This document shows positions 13,901 to 22,400 of a stretch of DNA of 40,913 nt, one piece after another (within the stretch, counting starts at the first letter, position 1; each line of letters starts with the position of its first letter). Origin of the DNA: Chrysochromulina tobinii. Taxonomy: Eukaryota. Where the stretch lies: contig JWZX01002640.1 of the NCBI GenBank assembly GCA_001275005.1, forward strand, positions 1 through 40,913, given 5' to 3'. A program made the position numbers and the translations under genes. Under the pieces are notes generated by a model. The model searched no databases, had not been told where the DNA came from, and saw only the letters and a program-made list of their open reading frames with translations.

Positions 13901-16900
13901 TGGTTTGCGCTCGCCGAGACGGTGCACGCCGAGGCGATCGCTCGGCTGTTGCGCGACGGGCAGGACGTGGCTCTGCAGCAGCAGCTGCACGCGAACGCGC
14001 TCACACACCTCGCCGAGGGCATGGCGCACGCGGCGCGCGCGTCCGAGTCGCCGCTGATCCTCTCGACTGCCCAGCGCACGTGGCGGCACGTGGCGCCCTT
14101 TGTGGGCGGCGGCAACGCGCCCGACGCGCGGCTGCGTGCCCCCCTTGGCGTGGTCCTCGCGGAGCTCGAGAAGCTCGACGCGCGCTACCAGCCGCAGGTG
14201 ACGGAGCTGCGGGTGAGGTTGTACGAGGTACTGCTCTCGGTGCTCGCGCAGGCACGCGCGTGGGGCGAGGGCCTGCAGCTCCTCTCGGCCGCCTTCCGCA
14301 CGCTGCCCGAGGCGAGCCAGGAGCCTCTCTGGCAGGAGAAGGTCGCCTTCATGTGCAAGGGTGGCGGCAAGGGGCTCGCGGGCGAGATGCACAAGCTCAA
14401 GGACTTTGCACCGTCGGTGCAGGCGGCCGTGTGGGCGGTGCTCGGCAAGCTCGCTCCCTCGACGGGCGAGCAGCTCAACGGCCAGCTCAAGGCGGTCGAC
14501 TGCCTCTCGGCTGAGCCGCTGCTCAAGGTGCGCTACCTCATCGGTCTCGCGCAGTGGCTCTATGTGCACGCCTTCCCTCTGCGCGACTCGGAGGATCAGC
14601 TGATGGCGGCCATCGATGTGCTCATGGACTATGAGGAAGTGCCTGATGGCGGCGACGACGACGACGATGCTCTCTCGTCGGTTGGTGGCTCCGAGTACGG
14701 CGGCTCGAGGAGCGGGAGCATTGCGCGCTCTGGCACCGCCGGCGGTGCGTCGACCCGCGGAGGCGGCTCGACCGCTGGCGGCTCGTCCGCTGGCGGCTCG
14801 TCCGCTGGCGGCAAGGGCGGCTCGGGCGGAGCTGAGGCATCCCTCTCGGTGCCCCAGTACGAGCAGCTCGCGCGCATTTACCTCATGAAGGCGATGATGG
14901 CGCCGACGATGAGCGCACGTGTCGAGTCGATTGTGGTGTCTCTCCATTACCTCACGCGGGTGTGGGGTGTCGCGATCACCGCGTGCAATGCCGCCGAGGC
15001 CGCCAAGCCGGGCGCCGACCCGAGCGCACCGCCCCCCTTTTCGATGCCGACCGAACAGCACGAGTGGGCCCTGTGGCAACCGAGCGAGGCGCTCCTCAAC
15101 GCCATGGTCGCCCTCGGCGGCTCCGATCGCGTCCTGAGCACTGCCGGTCTGCCGGAGGCGTCGCTCACCGCCGCCTACCTGTTCTACGCCGTCGAGCAGC
15201 TCCTCGAGAATGGCATGACGCTGCACGCGCTGCTTCCCCTCGGCCTGCTACGCGTCATCGCCAAGCTCGTCCTCAAGTCACCTGCGGGCGAGCGCTCGGC
15301 ATCGCTCAAAACCGCCCACTGCCTGCACCAGCTCGGCCTGCCTGAGGCGGCGGCCGCCATGCGCGCCTCCATCGACTGCCTGCGCCCCACTGTCGACATG
15401 AAGCGCAAGAACGCCATCCGACTCAAACAGCTCACGCACGCCGACGCTGCCGTCGTCGCCGCCGCCACAGCGCCCAAGGTCGCCGATGTGGCGGCGCCCG
15501 CAACCGACGGCGCGCCCCTCGGCGCCACCCTCAGCTCCACCAGCCGCGGCAGCACCCGTGGCGCCGCCGCGGCGGCGCCGCCGCCGCCCGCGGCGCGCAT
15601 CAAGTCGAGCGTGCGTCCGAACGAGGCGGAGTGGGTAGAGCTCGCCTCCTTGCTACTCGAGGAGGGCGAGTGGGGCGCCGCTCGCGAGTGGCTGCTCGAG
15701 GCGGCGCCTCTTCTACGAGCCCTCGGTGAGAGGGAGCACGAGGCGCGCTGCCACCGGCTCCTTGCACAGATCGCGAGCCTGCACGGACAGCCAGCCGATG
15801 CGCTCAAGACGGCGCTCGAAGCGCTCAGCCTGTGCCCTCTCGAGCTACCCGAGTGGTGCGAGGCTGTTGGCTGCCTCGCCACCTATCGTGCGGCCGTTGA
15901 CGAGCAAGCCGCGATCGCTACCCTCAATGCCGCGGTCAGCCTCGCCGCCCAGCTGGCTGCCGAGCACCCCTCGTCCGCCTCGGACGCGCGTCTCGCGATC
16001 GCCGCCCTCCAGACACGCCTCGGCGACGTGCACGGCCGCCTCGCACGTGCGGGCTCCGCCGATGATGCAGCGCTCGCGACGGCGGCCCTCGAGGCGGCGA
16101 CGGCCACGTACGCCGAGCTCGGCGCGCCGCGTTGGGCGGCCAAGGTCCTCCTGGCGCGTGCGGCATTGCTCGAGGCGATGCCCGAGCCGCCGGCCGAGCC
16201 CTCTCTCGTCCTCGAGGCGAAGGCGAATCGGCTCGAGATGCTCGGTCAACTCCTCGAGGCCGCCCACGCGCAGGCGGAGCGCTCCCTCTTCATCGCGGCC
16301 CCGCGCGCTATGCCGGCCGACCTCTCGCTGCCGGTGAGCCGCGAGCTCTCCAAGATCAAGGTGGAGCTCTCAGCCCTCTCGCTTCGGCACGCGGAGCTCC
16401 AGGCGGAGGTGCTCGCCGCCAACCCACCCGCGGGTCCCCTCTTCCCGCGCGTCGAGGGCGGGGACTCGGACATCATCGCGGCTTATGTGCAGCCGCCGGT
16501 GGTCGTGCCGCCGCCCCCTCACATGGAGCAGGAGGGGCGGGCTCTGCTGCACGCCGCGTCCGCCATCGCACTCGCGGGCGGTGGCGCCACGCGCGCACGC
16601 GCTCTCCTCGCCTCCGGCGAAGCTCTGTACGCCAAGGCAGCGGCGCTCGGCTGGGGCAAGTCTGCCGACCGGTGGGCGGCACCCCAGCCGCCACCCGCGG
16701 CCGAGCGACGTGAGGGCGTTCTCGCCGAGGTGCTGAGCGCGGCGCCGGCCACCGAGGCGCCGGGGCCCGAGCCGGGTACGGCTGAGGCAGGCGCGGGGCA
16801 AGCCGCGCTGCTCGAGGCAGTCGAGCTCGCTCTCGCCCACGCCGACCTACCAACTGCCGAGCGCGCCGCGCGTGGGCTCGCCAAGGCGATTGGCCTGAGC

Positions 16901-18757
16901 GACCCGGCCGTTTGCAGCCGCTGGCTGGCGCTCTGCCAGGCGTGCGCGTCGCACGCGGAGTGGCGGCAGCGCTGGATGGGTGCGTGCTTGCCCTCGGAGC
17001 GTCTTGCACTCCTCGGACAGCTCGCTACGTTGCTGCCGCAGCGCTGGACGCATGCCGCTCAGCTGCCCGCGCTCAAGGCGGCCTATGCGGCCCTCGACGA
17101 CAGTACGAGCGGCTCGGCGGCATGGCGGGCCCTCGGCGTGCCCTCCGACCCCTTCGCGAAGCTCACGGCGTCGCTTCCGGCCGGGATGCGCGTCGTGCTC
17201 CTCAGCGTCGACGAGGCGTCGGGCGATGCGTACGCGAGTGCGGTCGGCATGGTCTCCACCGAGCCACCGCCGCCGGTCGATCCGAAAGCCAAAGGTCCTC
17301 CCCCAGAGCTGCCGCCGCCCAAGCTCCTCGCGCGCGTGGCTCGTGTCAAAGGGGCGGCCGCGCGCGTCGCCGCCCTCGCAGCCGAGGCGGAGGAGGTGCG
17401 AGCCGCCCAGAGCAAGGCAGCGCTTCAAGATTCGAAGGACGCCATCTTCGCCATGCAGCCGGGCACCGCGGCCGCCGCTACCAAGGAAGCGGCCGCGGCC
17501 TCGTTTGCTGCGGCGATGGCCAAAGGCGCGGTGCCGGAGGGCACTCTCGCCCTCGGACTCGCGCCCGCGTCGTACGTGGCTGCCTCAGCTGCCGAGGGGG
17601 CGCTGCGCTCGCTCGTCACGGCGCTCGACGCGCTGTTTGGGCCTCTGCTCGCGCCCCTGTTGCCGTTGCTTGGCGCGGAGTTTGAGACGGGTGGCGGCGA
17701 CGCACTGAGCGTGGTGCTCATCGCCGACGGCGCGCTCGCGGCGCTGCCACTTGAGTTGATGACGCCGCTGCGCCAGCCCAATGTCAAGGCGGTCAGCCGC
17801 GACCTATCGACCGCGCTCCTGGCCAAGCGCCTCAGCCCCGACCCCGCTGCCGCGCCCGCCGCGCCCGTCGACCCTAAAGCCAAGGGCAAGGCCGCCGAGC
17901 CCGCCGCGCCGATCCCAGGTGTAAGCTCGGCCAAGAGGTCGGGCTTCCTCGCCGCCGTCGATCCGCGCGTCGAAGTGATGCTCCCGCCTCCCCCGAACGA
18001 TGCCGCCGCCCCCGTCGACCCCAAAGCCAAGGCCAAGGACAAAAAGGCAGCCGCGGCGCCCGCCGAGGGCGCTGACGGCGGGCCACGCACCCTGTGCGCC
18101 GCCTTCCGCGCCGAAGTGCTCGACGGCGCGCGCGTCGCTTTTGGCAAGGAATGGAGAGCGGGGGCCTCCATCATCGGGGTGGAGCGCGTCCCTTCGCTTG
18201 CGGAGTGGCAGCGGCTCGCCAAGGGATGCGCCGCCTTCGTGTACGAAGGGCCGGGCGCGCTGTACGAGCAAGTGGAGCCGTCGACCCTCGCGCCCCTCGC
18301 CCTCGGCGGCTGCGCCGCCTGCCTCCTCTTCGACCGTGCGGGATCGGATGCGGCGGCGCGCCGGCTTGCACAGGCTGCTAACGCCAAGAGCGCCGCGCGC
18401 ATGGCTCTCGAGGGTGCGCACGCCACCGCCGTCCTTCTCTCGCTTGCTGGAGTGAAGACCGTCCTGACCAACCAGTGGGCGGCCGCTGCGCACACAAACC
18501 ATGAGATGCTCGTGGCGACGCTCAACGGCCTCGGCGGCGGCGCCACGCTCGCGCAGGCCCTCCATGCATGCGCGCGTCGTGCCCTCGTCGAACCGCCGCC
18601 GCTGCCGCCGCCCGGTACTCCCGGTGCAGCCGCGCCGGCGGCCGCGCCCGCTGCTGCGCCCGCGGCGGCCCCCGCCCCCGAGAAGGCCGAGTGCCTATGG
18701 ACGGTGCTCGCCAATCCGATCGTCTACGGGCTTCCCGGCTTCTCCGCCACCGCATAG
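10982..18757 (+). CDS. CFAP46: Cilia- and flagella-associated protein 46 (TTC40), ~2590 aa, intronless
   Basis: ATG at 10982 (MSSLDRRV). N-terminal motifs FLLCSEVAL, TQFLVRAY, FLVYNASVHLYRILRPLL, CVLIWNVALPLLQ. CHAT/separase-like C-terminus (LIADGALAALPLE, VSRDLS, LAGVKTVLTNQW, IVYGLP). Size fits CFAP46. Confidence 0.85.
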   Translation: MSSLDRRVAHLLDGSGLTAAQREEQLVAAVALLRAAEAGGSAKPETAAPENFLLCSEVALTLDVVGKPAVLELARSCVEHFLRSRPPRTQFLVRAYFALGSVQAAEAAPCKLEELAARLLAAAKVANKGLTLAAELGRAHRFLVYNASVHLYRILRPLLEYNGETAAATTALLEGVLKALAAAEEPDAAWRLQLSMQLARCMERCGRRKDAGALLGTCAPLAAEAKKREDEESKLGGESKLGGTKRTGPPLQELLLQLQAHMVGDDAAALKKLRDECQPDPRKRCLVLTQLLCDGGPAGPPDPKAPPFSAAQEVADAVAALDPELGAALATKGGEAAIKRAVANVPLNSCPHDDVLVALASQAARLGLLAIAGHCAQRCAAAPRLSSRVRSAYIKAVCLVGSLDEGDGPKQAGVYTKLMVNTRIDALKVLEEALTSARRVGEPELIQDGCVLIWNVALPLLQPSLLGHAERALYLAAAALEAIGSPLAQLRASVHLELARLDASRELVAKAAAHVGKAEGLNIPADAGTGAAVNPISRPLRMLGTRLALKLDVFREPATASERAMVKLEQARTDKRAPLKRTLLTQVLEELQAADPDPEDDAKGGDDENAKRERAVLWEELMKAGWALRMSAVARAAAAALLAPQWTPATDGPLVSAQAEAYFTLGETYISELGEMQEQAAKEAAALEAARATAAERGLPPPVAPPGKAEAAEAAREAVRQKALDSFKRGIGVGLSVKDDLLVHNGCIYVLNYNRSLLRAAQYEPLVPTLRACFSALQQCDAKSMKADGQQLRIALATCCSFALALEDAATEPPASGSGPRVALKDADAAAWLKEALDVCKWGCELCAGQAQLKAQLTACWARLQGYGGAKAAQLNVGTEPEATALALLELLACGILDTGPAADKAAALGKARELLTTSSGSPKPEPELWVRVAQQALALGDLASVVKACEAALQPLSAKREANATILKEEWKWFALAETVHAEAIARLLRDGQDVALQQQLHANALTHLAEGMAHAARASESPLILSTAQRTWRHVAPFVGGGNAPDARLRAPLGVVLAELEKLDARYQPQVTELRVRLYEVLLSVLAQARAWGEGLQLLSAAFRTLPEASQEPLWQEKVAFMCKGGGKGLAGEMHKLKDFAPSVQAAVWAVLGKLAPSTGEQLNGQLKAVDCLSAEPLLKVRYLIGLAQWLYVHAFPLRDSEDQLMAAIDVLMDYEEVPDGGDDDDDALSSVGGSEYGGSRSGSIARSGTAGGASTRGGGSTAGGSSAGGSSAGGKGGSGGAEASLSVPQYEQLARIYLMKAMMAPTMSARVESIVVSLHYLTRVWGVAITACNAAEAAKPGADPSAPPPFSMPTEQHEWALWQPSEALLNAMVALGGSDRVLSTAGLPEASLTAAYLFYAVEQLLENGMTLHALLPLGLLRVIAKLVLKSPAGERSASLKTAHCLHQLGLPEAAAAMRASIDCLRPTVDMKRKNAIRLKQLTHADAAVVAAATAPKVADVAAPATDGAPLGATLSSTSRGSTRGAAAAAPPPPAARIKSSVRPNEAEWVELASLLLEEGEWGAAREWLLEAAPLLRALGEREHEARCHRLLAQIASLHGQPADALKTALEALSLCPLELPEWCEAVGCLATYRAAVDEQAAIATLNAAVSLAAQLAAEHPSSASDARLAIAALQTRLGDVHGRLARAGSADDAALATAALEAATATYAELGAPRWAAKVLLARAALLEAMPEPPAEPSLVLEAKANRLEMLGQLLEAAHAQAERSLFIAAPRAMPADLSLPVSRELSKIKVELSALSLRHAELQAEVLAANPPAGPLFPRVEGGDSDIIAAYVQPPVVVPPPPHMEQEGRALLHAASAIALAGGGATRARALLASGEALYAKAAALGWGKSADRWAAPQPPPAAERREGVLAEVLSAAPATEAPGPEPGTAEAGAGQAALLEAVELALAHADLPTAERAARGLAKAIGLSDPAVCSRWLALCQACASHAEWRQRWMGACLPSERLALLGQLATLLPQRWTHAAQLPALKAAYAALDDSTSGSAAWRALGVPSDPFAKLTASLPAGMRVVLLSVDEASGDAYASAVGMVSTEPPPPVDPKAKGPPPELPPPKLLARVARVKGAAARVAALAAEAEEVRAAQSKAALQDSKDAIFAMQPGTAAAATKEAAAASFAAAMAKGAVPEGTLALGLAPASYVAASAAEGALRSLVTALDALFGPLLAPLLPLLGAEFETGGGDALSVVLIADGALAALPLELMTPLRQPNVKAVSRDLSTALLAKRLSPDPAAAPAAPVDPKAKGKAAEPAAPIPGVSSAKRSGFLAAVDPRVEVMLPPPPNDAAAPVDPKAKAKDKKAAAAPAEGADGGPRTLCAAFRAEVLDGARVAFGKEWRAGASIIGVERVPSLAEWQRLAKGCAAFVYEGPGALYEQVEPSTLAPLALGGCAACLLFDRAGSDAAARRLAQAANAKSAARMALEGAHATAVLLSLAGVKTVLTNQWAAAAHTNHEMLVATLNGLGGGATLAQALHACARRALVEPPPLPPPGTPGAAAPAAAPAAAPAAAPAPEKAECLWTVLANPIVYGLPGFSATA

Positions 18758-19282
18758 GGCGCGTAGACGCAGCACGTTGCCCCCACCTGCACCTCGCGAG
18801 GTCAGGCGTCCTCCTCCTTGTACCTTGATGAGCGTCGGCATCCGGGTGCATGGGCTAGTATCCGCTGGGGCCTGCGCTGCGCGCATGTGGCGGTGGAGCT
18901 GGGAGGGTGGTGGATATCGCGTCGATTCAGGATAGAGGATTGTGTCGTGCACGATAAATGACGACACGAACTTTCTGTGCCATACTGATAATATCGAAAT
19001 TCGTAATTTTCCTAGGTTGGTGTAGGGATTTCCCTAGCACCCAGCTGCGTGTTGCTTCTGTACACTCTGGTAACCCTACTATAATTAGAGCTGATATCAC
19101 TTCGGAGAGTCTCTCCCTTGCAATGGCCTTGCCCTCTCGCCGTTGGCAGCACCCCAGCATAATTATCTTGCGTTGAGTATCCAGTGCTGTGCGTTGATGG
19201 CGGCGGCCTGAAGGACGCGGGCGTCTCAAAATAGAAAGGTCATAACTGGGGTATTGGTGATAGCCACGTCCATGCGCGGCGT

Positions 19283-19406
19283 TCACCTCGACCAAGGCTT
19301 GCGTGGGCTTGCGCCAGGCGCCGCACGCGAGTGGTTTGCCGTCGAGAAGGTGGGGGGCGATGTGCCGTGGGCGACCGGCACTGGTGTGGCTGACGGTGCG
19401 CGCTGC

Positions 19407-19459
<53 letters not shown>

Positions 19460-22400
19460 TTGTGGCTGCTGCTGCTGCTGCTCGATGGCACCTTCGGTGC
19501 GATGGAGGAGCTCGGCGAGCAACGAGCCGCTCTGGCGCATGTGCATGACGAGCTGCGTGTTCGAGCGATGCAGCTCGCCCTCCTTGGCCTCGAGCTTCGC
19601 GCGCAGCTCGTCAGCCTGCCGAGTGCTGGCCTCGAGGTGCTCCTGCAGCAAGCTCACCTCATGGTGTGCCACCTGCAGCTGCATGGCCGTCTCACGCACC
19701 ACCGCCTCGGCGGCCGCCGCGCGCGCTTCGCCCTCCACCTCGATGCGACCCAACTCCTCAGAGAGCACACGCCACACCACACCGAAGGCCGCCTCCCCGC
19801 CGACGCTGCCGATGGCCACGCCTGCTCGGCTGGCCACGCCCGCTCGGCTGACGGTATCGGTCAGAGGCGGCGGGCGCGGTGGCGAGGGTACGACGCGCGC
19901 GCGGCGTGAGAACGAATCAGCACGGCGCGAGGGCGAGGAGGCGGGCGGTTTCTCAGGCGTGGCGGTGGGCGTGGCGGTTGGCGTCGCGGCGGGCGAGGGA
20001 GAGCCGATAGCGAGGAGACTCGAGAACGCGGCACGGAGCTGGGAGGGCGAGGCGGGGCGCGCGGCGCGGGCGTGGGAGCCGTCGGCACTACCGGTGGAGG
20101 CGAGCGAGGCGACAGTGCCAGTGGCGATGGTGGTGGTGGTGGTGGCGGGCGAAGGGGTCGCCATTGGAGGTTCCCGCCGAGCGCAGCCGGGAGCGCAGCG
20201 GCGAGGCGAGACGCCGCCGTGAGCAGCACCGCTCTGGGCAGCGGCGGCCACCTTCTTGGGCGATGGCATTGGGGGCGCGGCGGGTGGTGGGCTTGAAGGA
20301 AGGCCAGTGACAGCGGCGACGACGGCAACGAAGCGACGCAGCTCAGCGAATCCAATCGCATCTGTTGCGCCGTCCGCCTCGAGGAGGGCGAGTAGCGCCG
20401 TCACGCGCCTTGAGGACGGCAAGTCGGGCAACGCCTCGAGCGCCTCGCGCGGCGGTAGGCTCAGGGCGGTGCGCACGGCGACGTCCTCGCGGCAGGCGCG
20501 CACGAGGGCCGCGCGCGAAAGGGTGGTGCTGAGCGAGGGTGCTCTGTCGTACCGGCCGCTGACGAGAGCGATCACAAGCCCGCACAACGCATCTATCTGC
20601 TGCTCGTGCGCCCATGGCCGCCGCCGCCCTGAGGCGAGCGCCACTGAGAGAGCCCAGTGCGAAGGGACCGCCCGTCCCGCCCACGCCCCGCTGCGGCGGC
20701 CGTCGGGGGCGGACTGTGCTTGCGGTGTGGAGAGGCCCGCTCCGGCCGTGGCGCTCGCCACGCCGTTCGGCGCAGCCCTCAGCACGGCGCTCAGCGCGGC
20801 GCTCGGCTCGGCGCTCGACATGGCGCTCGACATGGCGCGCGGCACCTCGATGGTCATCTCGAAACCTCGGAAGCTCGCTGGTGGGGCGGCGGATGTGGCG
20901 GCGGCGAGTGAGGCATCACGGAGGCGGGAATCGAGATTACGTGCGGCGGAGGGCGGCGCAGCGGCGGGGGGCGAGGCAGAGAGGGCGGGGGGCGAGGCAG
21001 AGTGGGGCATGTTCCGAGGCGGTGACGGCAGCGGCAGCGTCGCACGGTGCGTCGGCGACAGGTGGCGCTCGCTTTCCATCTCGAGTGCACGCATCGACTC
21101 GGCGTCCGCCACAAGAACGCGCCGCATCGCCTGAAGCTCATGTTGCAAAGCCGCGTCCTCCGCGCCCTCAACCTCTGCCTCCACTGCCGCCGCCACCGCC
21201 GCCGCCGTCACTGCCGCCGTCGCGCACTTCCTGTCCGCATCCCTCTCTGGAGAGAGAGAGGGCTTGAGCTTAGCGCGCACGTTGCCGCCCGCGCCGCCCG
21301 TCTGATGCAAGAAGCCGCTCAGCTCGCTGATGAGCTGATCCTTGAGCGCTGCTGGCTCCTTGCTGTTGGAGGGCAAGATGCGGCTACGCGCGTGCTCCTC
21401 CGCCCGAGCCGTCGCAGCCGCAGCCGCCACCGCCGCCTTCGCTCGCCTATTGGCGCTCAGTGGAGGGTGTGCCGCCTGTGCTGCCTCCGCCTCCACACCC
21501 GCACTGGAATCTGCCGACTCAATTGAGGATTTAGAAGGCAAACTGGTTGCGGACTCGGCTCCCGCTTCCGTCATAAAAGACAAGAAGGCGAGATCGCCCC
21601 TCGCAGCCGCCTCCTTCGCGGCAGCTTCCCTCACAGCCAATTGCCTGGCGGCCGCATCCCTTGCTGCGGCCTCCTTCGCGGCTACCTTCATCTCAGATGT
21701 CTGCAAGGAAGCCGCCTGCCTGGCCTCCGCCTCCCCTGCGGCAGCCTCGTCGGCCTCCGCCTCCCTCGCAGCCACCTCCCTTGCGGCCGCCTTCCTCGCG
21801 GCCGCCTGCATGGCCGCCGCCTCCTCGAAGTCCGCACTCGCCTGATCGAGCGCCTTGAGCTCGCTCTCGGAGCCAGTGACGCAAGCCGTCCGTGCCGTCT
21901 CAAGAGCATTCTTGGCTCGCTGATAGTCTGCCATTCGCAACTTGAGCTCCTCTTGCACGCCGCGGCCCGAGTCGGAGGCGACCATCTGCTCGCCGGCTGC
22001 ACCCTCGCCGGCTGCACCCTCGCCGGCTGCACCCTCGCCGGCTGCACACTTGCCGGCTGCACCCTCGCCGGCTGCACACTTGCCGGCCGCACACTCCTGT
22101 GGTGCGGCAGCATCCTTTGTAGAGGCCTCTGCGGCGGCGGCCTCTTCGCGCTTCTTCTTCTCGAGCTTCTCCTGCTGGAGTTCCCAAAACGGGCGTGATT
22201 TGGTGGTCAACTTGCGCGGAGAGGCACGAGGAGTGGAACTGGTCACCTCGTTCCTCTCCGCTGCGAGGCTGTCGACGCTGCTGCTGCCCGGATCGGAGCT
22301 TGCACGATTCTCAGTCTTGGTTTCCGTCGCGACGTCCGCCGCAGCAGATGGTGCAGCTGCCGCCAGCTTCTGCGTATGCCCCTCCTTGCGGTCCTGCTCG

